Source of the DNA: a virus
Reading direction: 5' to 3' (one strand)
Virus record (IMG/VR): IMGVR_UViG_3300045988_173323
Length of the DNA stretch: 64,000 nt
In this document: in pieces, positions 56,830 through 64,000 of the stretch
How the letters are laid out: each line of letters starts with the position of its first letter
Numbering within the stretch: the stretch's first letter is position 1
Notes under the pieces: generated by a model
Database searches by the model: none
Told to the model about the DNA's origin: nothing
Seen by the model: the letters and a program-made list of their open reading frames with translations, nothing else
Translations under genes and position numbers: made by a program

Positions 56830-57492
56830 TTAATACCAGCCATTAGCATCCCAAAAAGCTAACGCTGCGTCCCAACTTCCGTATCTTTCCGCCACATATT
56901 GCTCTGCAACTCGCTCTTGATTTTCTGCGGAATAATCTCCATTTAACATAGTGTATGTTAATTGGTATCTTCCTATATACTCTCCTGTTGGGCTAATAGC
57001 ATTATAATCGCCACCAGATTCTCTCTGAGCAATAATTTCTTTCGCAGAATTAGTATATTCATATACATACTCAACTACATTATCTTCTATAGATAAATCT
57101 ATATAATCTTGCTCTGTACTTAAATATTCGTTCCATGCAAAATATTGTTTACCATCTATTTCAATGATATCCCAACCATACTCTCCACTTATTCCAATTC
57201 TATGCACTTCAGTATTTGACTTTAATACCATTATTCGCTCTGAGTCGATAGAAGGAATATTTCGAATATTCAAATTTGCTGTAGTATATACTTCTTCATC
57301 TACTCTTTCAGATGAAAAAAGTACATACTGATTTTCTGAATCTACTATTTGAAAATCGTTATTTTCATCAACAGCAATAAGAACTGGCTCTGAATTAAAT
57401 TTATTTTGATATTCAACGTTTGCCGCGGAAACTGGCAAACTTAAGCTGAACATCATTCCGCCAATTATTAACACTTTTGTAAGATTTTTCAT
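56830..57492 (-). CDS. Secreted IsaA/SceD-like lytic transglycosylase (signal peptide + SLT-like domain)
   Basis: N-terminal signal peptide MKNLTKVLIIGGMMFSLSLPVSA. C-terminal AQRESGGDYNAISPTGEYIGRYQL...W matches the IsaA-type motif ESGGNYxAxNxxSGAxGKYQF. Confidence 0.55.
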   Translation of the reverse strand: MKNLTKVLIIGGMMFSLSLPVSAANVEYQNKFNSEPVLIAVDENNDFQIVDSENQYVLFSSERVDEEVYTTANLNIRNIPSIDSERIMVLKSNTEVHRIGISGEYGWDIIEIDGKQYFAWNEYLSTEQDYIDLSIEDNVVEYVYEYTNSAKEIIAQRESGGDYNAISPTGEYIGRYQLTYTMLNGDYSAENQERVAEQYVAERYGSWDAALAFWDANGWY

Positions 57493-57658
57493 TGTTTTCT
57501 CGCTTTCTTTTTAGTTTTTGATCCCTATAAAGAACAGTTTAAAAATAATTAAGAATCATTTTCAAATAAAAATTTTCAAATAAGAAAATTCTTTATAATA
57601 AGACCATAGGATCTCTTACTCTAAAATGAATTTTAAAGTAATTATTTCATTGTTACAA

Positions 57659-57736
57659 TGCGGAATCTGGGATTCGAACCCAGGACAAACATCGCTTATA
57701 AGGCGACCGCTCTAACCTTGACTGAGCTAATCCCGC
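57659..57736 (-). tRNA. tRNA-Ile(UAU)
   Basis: Acceptor GCGGGAT/ATTCCGC, D-arm TAGCTCAGTCAAGGTTAGAGC, anticodon arm GTCGC-CTTATAA-GCGAT, T-arm CTGGGTTCGAATCCCAG. Confidence 0.65.
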
Positions 57737-57902
57737 ATATCCCCAACTGAGTCTAGCCAATGCTCTTCTGTGGGGTAGTTGATAGCTTTTGCAGATTTCG
57801 CTGCAAAGGGAGTGCATCACTGGGCTTCAGAGGTGCGAATCTCCTCTACGCATTGAATTGGCTACTCTCCCGTCCCGCCCCTGCGTCGATACCTTATTTT
57901 AC

Positions 57903-57931
57903 AACGCGACCTTCGGAAACGTTGGTTTTTT
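57903..57931 (+). terminator. Hairpin + T-run at the end of a ~190-nt GC-rich leader upstream of tRNA-Ile(UAU)
   Basis: CAACG-cgaccttcggaaa-CGTTG followed by GTTTTTT. Confidence 0.35.
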
Positions 57932-58051
57932 ATTTCTTTATTTCTTATGTATTTATTATATCATAAATTTTTCAAAAAATCAATTTAAGATTTTTGTCCT
58001 ATATTATAAAAATATTTTATAACATTATTATGATATAATATTTTATAAAAT

Positions 58052-58342
58052 TCAAACAATAAAGTTAATCTTTCTTGACATAGAATTTATCCATAGTAAG
58101 TATTTATGACAATCTGCATATTTTTCCCAATAGAAAATCAATATGTCAGTTTTATCATTATAACTTTCAATAGTAGCATGAAATGAGTCCATTAAAAGGA
58201 AAATATACTCTTCCAAAGACATTTTTAATAACCTCGCGGGAATCCACCATTTACCAGCTATTCCCGCTAAATCAGAGGTATCATTACAATACCATTTTCC
58301 AGATGAACCTTGCCATTCACTTACTTTATACACATGACTCAT
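58052..58342 (-). CDS. Hypothetical protein
   Basis: 96-aa ORF. Confidence 0.3.
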   Translation of the reverse strand: MSHVYKVSEWQGSSGKWYCNDTSDLAGIAGKWWIPARLLKMSLEEYIFLLMDSFHATIESYNDKTDILIFYWEKYADCHKYLLWINSMSRKINFIV

Positions 58343-58368
58343 AATGATACCTCTTTCTTCTTATTTAT

Positions 58369-58683
58369 TTAAAGTCCTAATCTCTCCATTAAAGCTTTTA
58401 CGTTAGCTTTCTCTTCTGCTGTAGGCTCAATTAAAGATGAATCTGTTGCATTTGAAATAGAGCCTACAGTTAACTTATCTTTTGTCTGCGATACTCCCGG
58501 CAAAGCCGCATCACTTCCGCGATCTACATTGACTTTTGCACAGGTTAATGTTACTTTAATCTGAACTTCCTCGCCATTCTCCATCATAGGAATACGAATT
58601 TCTTTATCGAATTTAAAAGAACCTTCAAATGTATTTAAAAGCCGATTAATAATTTCTTCCTTAGCTGCCGCTCCTCTTGCCAT
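58369..58683 (-). CDS. Hypothetical protein
   Basis: 104-aa ORF with GC content above background. Confidence 0.3.
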   Translation of the reverse strand: MARGAAAKEEIINRLLNTFEGSFKFDKEIRIPMMENGEEVQIKVTLTCAKVNVDRGSDAALPGVSQTKDKLTVGSISNATDSSLIEPTAEEKANVKALMERLGL

Positions 58684-58739
58684 ATTTCTTTTCTCCTTTA
58701 TTCTTTATGTATATATTATATAATAAAATTTATTAAAAA

Positions 58740-59555
58740 TCAATTATCTTCCAAAGGCTTAATTATAATTTTTTCTCGTTCTAGTACATCAGATAATTTT
58801 TTTATATTATTACATATCTTACAGCTTTCACCTTTAAGACATTTCTTTCCGCAACTAATTCTCTTTTCTGAAAAAATAGGCAAAATACACCTGCTATCAA
58901 GATCTTCATTAAAGCTAAGAATTAATTCTTTTAATTGTCCAAACCATTTCTTCTCTTTTGCATACACTCGATATAAAGTCCCTAAAGATTTTTTGCTTTT
59001 GTAAAATTCAAGAGTGTCAATATATGGTTCATATAAAGATACATCTTCGGGTCTAATAAAGAATCCTTTTATATCTGGAACGCCAATCCAACCATTTTGA
59101 CATACATTAGGAAAAGCTCTTACTTTTACTCCTTTAGAGTGACAAAAGGAACTAACTTTATCTAATTCAAAGCCTAATTCTTCTGTTATATATACATCTG
59201 ACACACCCATATTGACAAAAGAATAAAGTACATCCCATGAATTTATATACTTATCATAATAAAACTTAAGGTTAGAATCTTTAACAATAGAATAAAACTG
59301 CCCAAAATTCGCGGAAACCGGTAATTTTAAATAAAAATTTAAGTCTGGATACTTTTCTAAGTAAGCTTTAAACAGATTTATACTATCATCATATATAAAT
59401 TCTTGGGTATCTTTAATTTCTATATTTATCCTTTTATCCTTATGTAATAATAAAAAGTCTAATAAAGATAAATCTCGCTTATTAAAAGAGATATTTAATT
59501 CATCAACCTCTTTTAAATAAGGAAAATCTTTAGAATAATCTACACAAAATTTCAT
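58740..59555 (-). CDS. Hypothetical protein with a C-terminal Cys cluster
   Basis: 271 aa; C..C...C..C at the C-terminus. Confidence 0.3.
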   Translation of the reverse strand: MKFCVDYSKDFPYLKEVDELNISFNKRDLSLLDFLLLHKDKRINIEIKDTQEFIYDDSINLFKAYLEKYPDLNFYLKLPVSANFGQFYSIVKDSNLKFYYDKYINSWDVLYSFVNMGVSDVYITEELGFELDKVSSFCHSKGVKVRAFPNVCQNGWIGVPDIKGFFIRPEDVSLYEPYIDTLEFYKSKKSLGTLYRVYAKEKKWFGQLKELILSFNEDLDSRCILPIFSEKRISCGKKCLKGESCKICNNIKKLSDVLEREKIIIKPLEDN

Positions 59556-59623
59556 ATTTTCTCCTCACTCAAATAAGAGGGACAGAGTCCCTCTTACCCA
59601 ATATATTTATTATAAACCAGCTA

Positions 59624-60007
59624 TCAATCCTGATTAACCAGTCTATAAGCCATACGTCTGCCATCTTCAGTTTTAACTTGCTCTTTTTCAGCAATACCCG
59701 CTTTAACCAGCTGGTTCAGACGAGCAGTAACTTTCGGCTGAGTAACATCTTCGCCATCAATCTGTGCGAAAATATCAGAAATAATCTGAAATTCATCAGT
59801 CAGACAGCTCTGAACCGCTTTTCTCAGCTCATCGCCCTCATTTCTAGTTTTTTCTGCTTTTGCCTGAGCTTTAACTCTTTTTGCTTCCAGCAGCTCTTTT
59901 TCGTGTTCAATGAAGTTAAGGATATCTTCTACACGAGAATCATCGCTTGCTCTTACGATCTCTTCAATCATTTCAAAGTAGCCCTTTTTTGTAATTTTTT
60001 CTGTCAT
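59624..60007 (-). CDS. Small winged-helix (MarR-like) protein, paralog family member 3
   Basis: ARLNQLVKAGIAEKEQVKTEDGRRMAYRL. Confidence 0.35.
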   Translation of the reverse strand: MTEKITKKGYFEMIEEIVRASDDSRVEDILNFIEHEKELLEAKRVKAQAKAEKTRNEGDELRKAVQSCLTDEFQIISDIFAQIDGEDVTQPKVTARLNQLVKAGIAEKEQVKTEDGRRMAYRLVNQD

Positions 60008-60088
60008 ACTCTTTTCTCCTTTTCATCTCTTCTTTATGTATATATTATACCAAAATTTTTTAAACTTTTCAACTTTCTTTTCAATATT

Positions 60089-60304
60089 TTAAAAGCCAAC
60101 TTTACTTTTTATACAATAAATTTCTTCCAAAGATAAATCATATGATCTTAAACCATGACTGGATAAAGTTTCTTCCAGATAGTTTCCTGGATTTAAACCT
60201 AACTGTTTAATTCCAATTAAGTCTTCAATTACTTTATCTATTGCGGTTGATTCTTTTAAAAAACCTTCTGCTTCCGCCATAAAAAGTCCATATGCTAGAT
60301 TCAT
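60089..60304 (-). CDS. Hypothetical protein
   Basis: 71-aa ORF. Confidence 0.25.
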   Translation of the reverse strand: MNLAYGLFMAEAEGFLKESTAIDKVIEDLIGIKQLGLNPGNYLEETLSSHGLRSYDLSLEEIYCIKSKVGF

Positions 60305-60315
60305 AAAATTCCTCC

Positions 60316-60648
60316 TTAAAGTCCTTCTGGTTCACAATACTTTTCAATAAATTCAGAAAAACAATCTCCATAATCACAAGCTTCAATATCTAATTCTTCT
60401 GTTGTTAAAATTACGTCATCACGAATTTTATAACAACCCCAGCAAAGGTTTTCTTCCCACGCATCTTCATCTTCAATAAGATCCTGAAAATGAGAATCGT
60501 AAGATACCATAACGTCATTGGACATCTCTCTGCCAATTTCATTTGCCTGCTCTACAGCTCTTTCGTCATCCACTTCATCTACAGCAACACTATACATACC
60601 ATGTAATCCGCAATAAGTATTTTCCATAGCATAGATATAAACTCTCAT
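60316..60648 (-). CDS. Hypothetical acidic protein
   Basis: 110-aa ORF. Confidence 0.3.
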   Translation of the reverse strand: MRVYIYAMENTYCGLHGMYSVAVDEVDDERAVEQANEIGREMSNDVMVSYDSHFQDLIEDEDAWEENLCWGCYKIRDDVILTTEELDIEACDYGDCFSEFIEKYCEPEGL

Positions 60649-60953
60649 TATTCTCCGCCTCTTTCTTTATTTTATTATATCATATTTTTTTTAAAAAAAC
60701 AAAGTGAGCTTAATTCCTCTACTTTTTCTTTCTCTTTTTCTTTCTTTTGATATATTTATTATATCATATTTTTTTAAAAAAATAAAGCGAGCTTTAAAGA
60801 CAGCTCACTTTTTAATCATTGATTTTAAGACAGACATAGTTTTAATATAAACTTCTGCCTGTCTTAAATTTAATTCTTTTATTTCTTCATACCCATGCCA
60901 TCAGTTATATTTAAGGTAAAGCTCTCTCCAAGAGTCTAATGAGATGACGCCAT

Positions 60954-61406
60954 TTATTCACTACCTTCTTTTAATTCTTCTCTAACTCTCATTAAAATTT
61001 TACCAAGTTTATTTTCTTTCGGCTTTTGCCAACATTTTAAACATACACAAGAACCCCAATAATTGTCATGCCAATAGTTTCCCTCCACTAATTGCTCATT
61101 ATTGGTCGCTAATAATTTAGCCTTCATTTCTTTATTTTTAAATTTGTTTAAGATAATTTCATACATAATCTGATCTTTTACTTCTTCCCAATCACTTCTT
61201 ATTTCTACCTTTCTTCCTAATCGTTTTGCTTTACCTGGTGTATCAGCTTTTTTAATCGCTTCTTTTTGCATTATATTATGCGTTTTTGCCGCTTGAAATG
61301 CGTGTTCTGAAGTTGGATACTTTACACCATGATATTCTATTTGACATGCATAAAAATTTGATAAAAAACTGTATTCTCCATTAAAAGAAGTAATCATTAT
61401 AGCCAA
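60954..61406 (-). CDS. NADAR-domain (YbiA/DUF1768-like) protein
   Basis: FLSNFYACQIEYHGVKYPTSEHAFQAAK matches the NADAR signature (FLSNF...EH.FQ). Confidence 0.65.
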   Translation of the reverse strand: MAIMITSFNGEYSFLSNFYACQIEYHGVKYPTSEHAFQAAKTHNIMQKEAIKKADTPGKAKRLGRKVEIRSDWEEVKDQIMYEIILNKFKNKEMKAKLLATNNEQLVEGNYWHDNYWGSCVCLKCWQKPKENKLGKILMRVREELKEGSE

Positions 61407-61597
61407 TTCCTCCTATTTTTTTCAAATTTCTCTTTTTTCTCTTTTTTTAAATTAAGACGAGCTGGTTTTCCGCCTTTTAATGCCCTATACTGTTTGCATT
61501 TTTGACATGTTTTTCTAAACCATACTTTTGTTTTTCTTTTAGAGCAAGGTCCACCTGCATATGTATAGTACTCACAAACTATTTCTCTATCTCGCAT
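61397..61597 (-). CDS. Small basic zinc-ribbon protein
   Basis: C..C...C..C and a Lys/Arg-rich sequence. Confidence 0.3.
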   Translation of the reverse strand: MRDREIVCEYYTYAGGPCSKRKTKVWFRKTCQKCKQYRALKGGKPARLNLKKEKKEKFEKNRRNWL

Positions 61598-61824
61598 ATT
61601 TTTTCCTCCTAAAGATACATTATAATACTATAAACAATAAATACAATCATTAATAGAATAGAAAATGACAAAAATTTATTTAAGTATTTTTTTATATCAG
61701 ATAAATCTCTTGTTGTATAATTTTTTATAATATAAAAAAGCTCAAAGCCGCCAACAATCCCTACTAAAAGAATAATCTGAAATAAATCCATAATTTACCC
61801 TCCTTTTATTCATATCAATGATCA

Positions 61825-62559
61825 TTAATCATTAAAACCAGAGTAATCAATTATAACAGGTCTATCTCCTATATACCCAATATTAGCCTTATGCAAGTCC
61901 CCTACACAGGCATTTTTAATAAACTGTAAAAATTCTTCTCCTTTTATTTCTCCATAATATTTAAAAGCATCACATAACCAATACTTATTAAAATAATCAT
62001 AGTTGTGATTATAACAAAGAGAATCAATTTTTTCATAGTCTTCTTCAGTATATTTTTTTCTATATTCTGTTTTTTCAGTTTCGCAAGAATAGAATATATC
62101 CTCATAAATTTTCGCAATTTCTTGCACATAAATAGGGTAGTCGTGAATAAAACCAATACATTCAGTTTTTGCAAAAAAATCTTCTACTGCCTCTTCTTCT
62201 GCCAAAGCATAAATGTCACATTCAACTTGACAATAGTTCCATTCGTCGCCTTCTACACTCATTGGCGACTGTGCTCCTGTAAATTTAGAATAACTGCTAA
62301 TCCGTTTCCTTTTTACCCCTTTCTTAGTGTTTATTTCAATCATTTTATCTTTGTAACGTCCTGAAAAAGGAATCTTAATTACAAAATTTTTATCAGGCAA
62401 GATAAAAACAATTTTTGTGGCTCCATAATGATAATCATAATTAAGATCTTCTGGAAGGTATTTTAGAATTTTCTCTTCAAAGCTATATTCTGTTAATTCT
62501 CCATCAAAAATACAGTCTTTAAAAATAGAAAGTACTGATTCTGCTAATTTTTTATCCAT
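61825..62559 (-). CDS. Hypothetical protein, possibly an atypical kinase-like fold
   Basis: VIKIPF...DLHKANIGYIGDRPVIIDYSGF resembles APH/YrbL-type catalytic-loop and DFG-like motifs. Confidence 0.25.
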   Translation of the reverse strand: MDKKLAESVLSIFKDCIFDGELTEYSFEEKILKYLPEDLNYDYHYGATKIVFILPDKNFVIKIPFSGRYKDKMIEINTKKGVKRKRISSYSKFTGAQSPMSVEGDEWNYCQVECDIYALAEEEAVEDFFAKTECIGFIHDYPIYVQEIAKIYEDIFYSCETEKTEYRKKYTEEDYEKIDSLCYNHNYDYFNKYWLCDAFKYYGEIKGEEFLQFIKNACVGDLHKANIGYIGDRPVIIDYSGFND

Positions 62560-62630
62560 TTATTAAATCCCTTTTCTTTTCTTTATATATTTATTATATC
62601 ATATTTTTTTAAAAAAATAAAAGAAGAGAA

Positions 62631-63014
62631 TTATTCTCTTCTTTTATTCTTAATTCTAATATATAATTCTTGGAATCTTATAAAATTCGCGGGATTACCT
62701 CCATTATCTGGGTGCGAAACTTTCATAGCTAGTTTAACTGCATCTTCTAAATCTTTGTCAGGATTAATAGTTTTGTTGGAATTAACAGAATAGTTAGAAA
62801 TAAAACCCCTTTTTAGTTTTATTGTTAACAGTAGCAGTTGTTTTTCTCGTAATATAGCTTTTTCATATTCTTCTTGTAAAATTTGATTTCTTTTTTTAAG
62901 GTCAAATATTTTAAATAGCATTGCTATTATAATATAAGTTATAATAACAATGGGTAAGCATATATAAGGAAATGCCGTAATTAACATACTACTCTCCAAT
63001 CTCTTTAATGACAC
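62631..63014 (-). CDS. Membrane-anchored J-domain (DnaJ-like) protein
   Basis: N-terminal transmembrane helix and a C-terminal J-domain with HPD: KLAMKVSHPDNGGNPANFIRFQELY. Confidence 0.5.
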   Translation of the reverse strand: MSLKRLESSMLITAFPYICLPIVIITYIIIAMLFKIFDLKKRNQILQEEYEKAILREKQLLLLTIKLKRGFISNYSVNSNKTINPDKDLEDAVKLAMKVSHPDNGGNPANFIRFQELYIRIKNKRRE

Positions 63015-63558
63015 ATCGAGTTATCTGAGTTGTTTTTACATCTCTAAATTCTTCGTGCTTTTTAATAGTACCTGTTAATAAAATTGGACAGCCTTTTTCA
63101 AGAGACAACTCTTTCTTAGTGAACCAAACTAAGATGTCATGTCCAATTTCAAAAGTATGAATGTTAGTCCAACCATACCTAGATTCAAACCCTTTTGTTG
63201 ACTTATAGATCGCGGTTTGATCATATAAACGCTCACCAATCTGACCTACATATTCTGATAAGCTAGGTCCTTCCGCGTGTTTAAATGCTTTATTGATTTT
63301 TTCTTTTGCAGTTTCTAAGAAAAAAGCATTTTGAAATTTCTCACTCCACTCTAAAATATCATCAAAAGTGAAACTAATCATTCCATATCCCGCGGGTAAG
63401 TCTAATGGCTCTGGACTGTGCCATTTTAAAAGAGGAGAGAATCTGCATCCTAATTGTTTTAATTTTTCTTTAATACTATAGGTATCATCTCCAAAGATAC
63501 AATAGGTGAGTCCATCCGCGGAAAATCCATTTTTTTCTAACCATTCTGCTTTTGTCAT
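62989..63558 (-). CDS. Hypothetical protein
   Basis: 189-aa ORF. Confidence 0.3.
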   Translation of the reverse strand: MTKAEWLEKNGFSADGLTYCIFGDDTYSIKEKLKQLGCRFSPLLKWHSPEPLDLPAGYGMISFTFDDILEWSEKFQNAFFLETAKEKINKAFKHAEGPSLSEYVGQIGERLYDQTAIYKSTKGFESRYGWTNIHTFEIGHDILVWFTKKELSLEKGCPILLTGTIKKHEEFRDVKTTQITRCVIKEIGE

Positions 63559-63681
63559 AACAAATTCCTCTTTTCTTTCTTTTTCTTTATAGTTATATTA
63601 TATAATATTTTTTTAAAAAAATAAAGTTGTATAAATATAACTATTTATACAACTCTAATTCTTATTGCATTATTCTTTTAT

Positions 63682-63942
63682 TTAAAATAAATCATCTTCA
63701 TCCGCAGTTTTTTCATAATTATCATCTACTTGTAAGGCATGCTTCATTTCATATACCATAAAAAGACCAATTATAAGGCTAGATATTGCCATAGATAGAG
63801 CTGAACCTATCCAAAGCGGTAAATTAAAAAGATGGCTTATAACAAATCCAAACCAATAAACTCCTTCCATGTACAACACAATCATTCTGTACAACATAAT
63901 CATTCCTAAAATACAGGCAAATCCCACTAAAAAGAAAAACAT
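63682..63942 (-). CDS. Small membrane protein
   Basis: Two transmembrane helices and an acidic C-terminus. RBS AAGGAGGGTAAA-ATG. Confidence 0.35.
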   Translation of the reverse strand: MFFFLVGFACILGMIMLYRMIVLYMEGVYWFGFVISHLFNLPLWIGSALSMAISSLIIGLFMVYEMKHALQVDDNYEKTADEDDLF

Positions 63943-63954
63943 TTTACCCTCCTT

Positions 63955-64000
63955 ACCACCAAAGATTATCTTTCTCAGCTTCTTCGATTTCCGCGATATG
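63955..64000 (-). CDS. Partial CDS (C-terminal end; gene starts beyond the window)
   Basis: In-frame ...HIAEIEEAEKDNLWW* ending at 63955. Confidence 0.3.

Noticed and set aside
43300-57750. Plus-strand ORFs of 60-150 aa scattered through the tRNA region (e.g. 44737-45003, 45004-45321, 45360-45668, 49625-49840, 52127-52413, 53845-54145, 57760-58022)
   Set aside because: They overlap minus-strand tRNAs and promoters, have no RBS, and are AT-rich low-complexity translations. They are almost certainly not genes.
1-64000. CRISPR array
   Set aside because: The many ~60-bp repeats are promoter/5'UTR cassettes with variable spacing. They always sit upstream of genes and have sigma70 -35/-10 architecture. 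They are not direct repeats with unique spacers, and there are no cas genes.

Overview
This is an AT-rich window (roughly 28-30% GC) from a large, probably lytic phage of a low-GC Gram-positive host. The host inference rests on the endolysin (GH73 glucosaminidase + amidase_2 + two SH3b repeats) and an IsaA-like secreted transglycosylase. Almost all genes are on the minus strand.

Layout:
- 1-21.4 kb: a T4-like replication and nucleotide-metabolism module. It holds a PHP-domain fragment, Dda-like and DnaB-like helicases, a RecJ-like exonuclease, DnaG-like primase, a Sak4/AAA_24 ATPase, a ThyX-like protein, an ATP-dependent ligase, type II topoisomerase A and B subunits, and RNase H.
- 22-26 kb: lysis genes (endolysin, holin-like protein) and a PIN-PhoH gene.
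- 26-30.4 kb: an RNA 'healing and sealing' cassette (metallophosphatase, polynucleotide kinase, RNA ligase).
- 30.7-43.2 kb: the most unusual block. It holds a major-vault-protein (MVP) homolog, a MoxR-type AAA+ ATPase with an unknown partner, a flotillin/SPFH protein, a nucleotidyltransferase, a frameshifted PP-phosphatase, a plus-strand tail-fibre/XkdW/XkdX-like island, and a TROVE+vWA (Ro60/TEP1-like) protein.
- 43.3-57.8 kb: a ~14.5 kb tRNA array with at least 32 canonical-looking tRNAs, several degenerate or chimeric tRNA-like elements, and long non-coding GC-enriched spacers.
- 58-64 kb: small genes including a NADAR-domain protein and a J-domain membrane protein.

Other features: two group I introns carrying homing endonucleases split essential genes (the topo II B subunit and the Sak4-like ATPase). 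A sigma70/sigmaA-like promoter plus purine-rich 5'UTR cassette (TTGATT-N17-TATAAT on the minus strand) is repeated about 40 times. No CRISPR array, integrase or rRNA was seen. All annotations are from manual reading of the ORF translations and the DNA, and none are database-confirmed.
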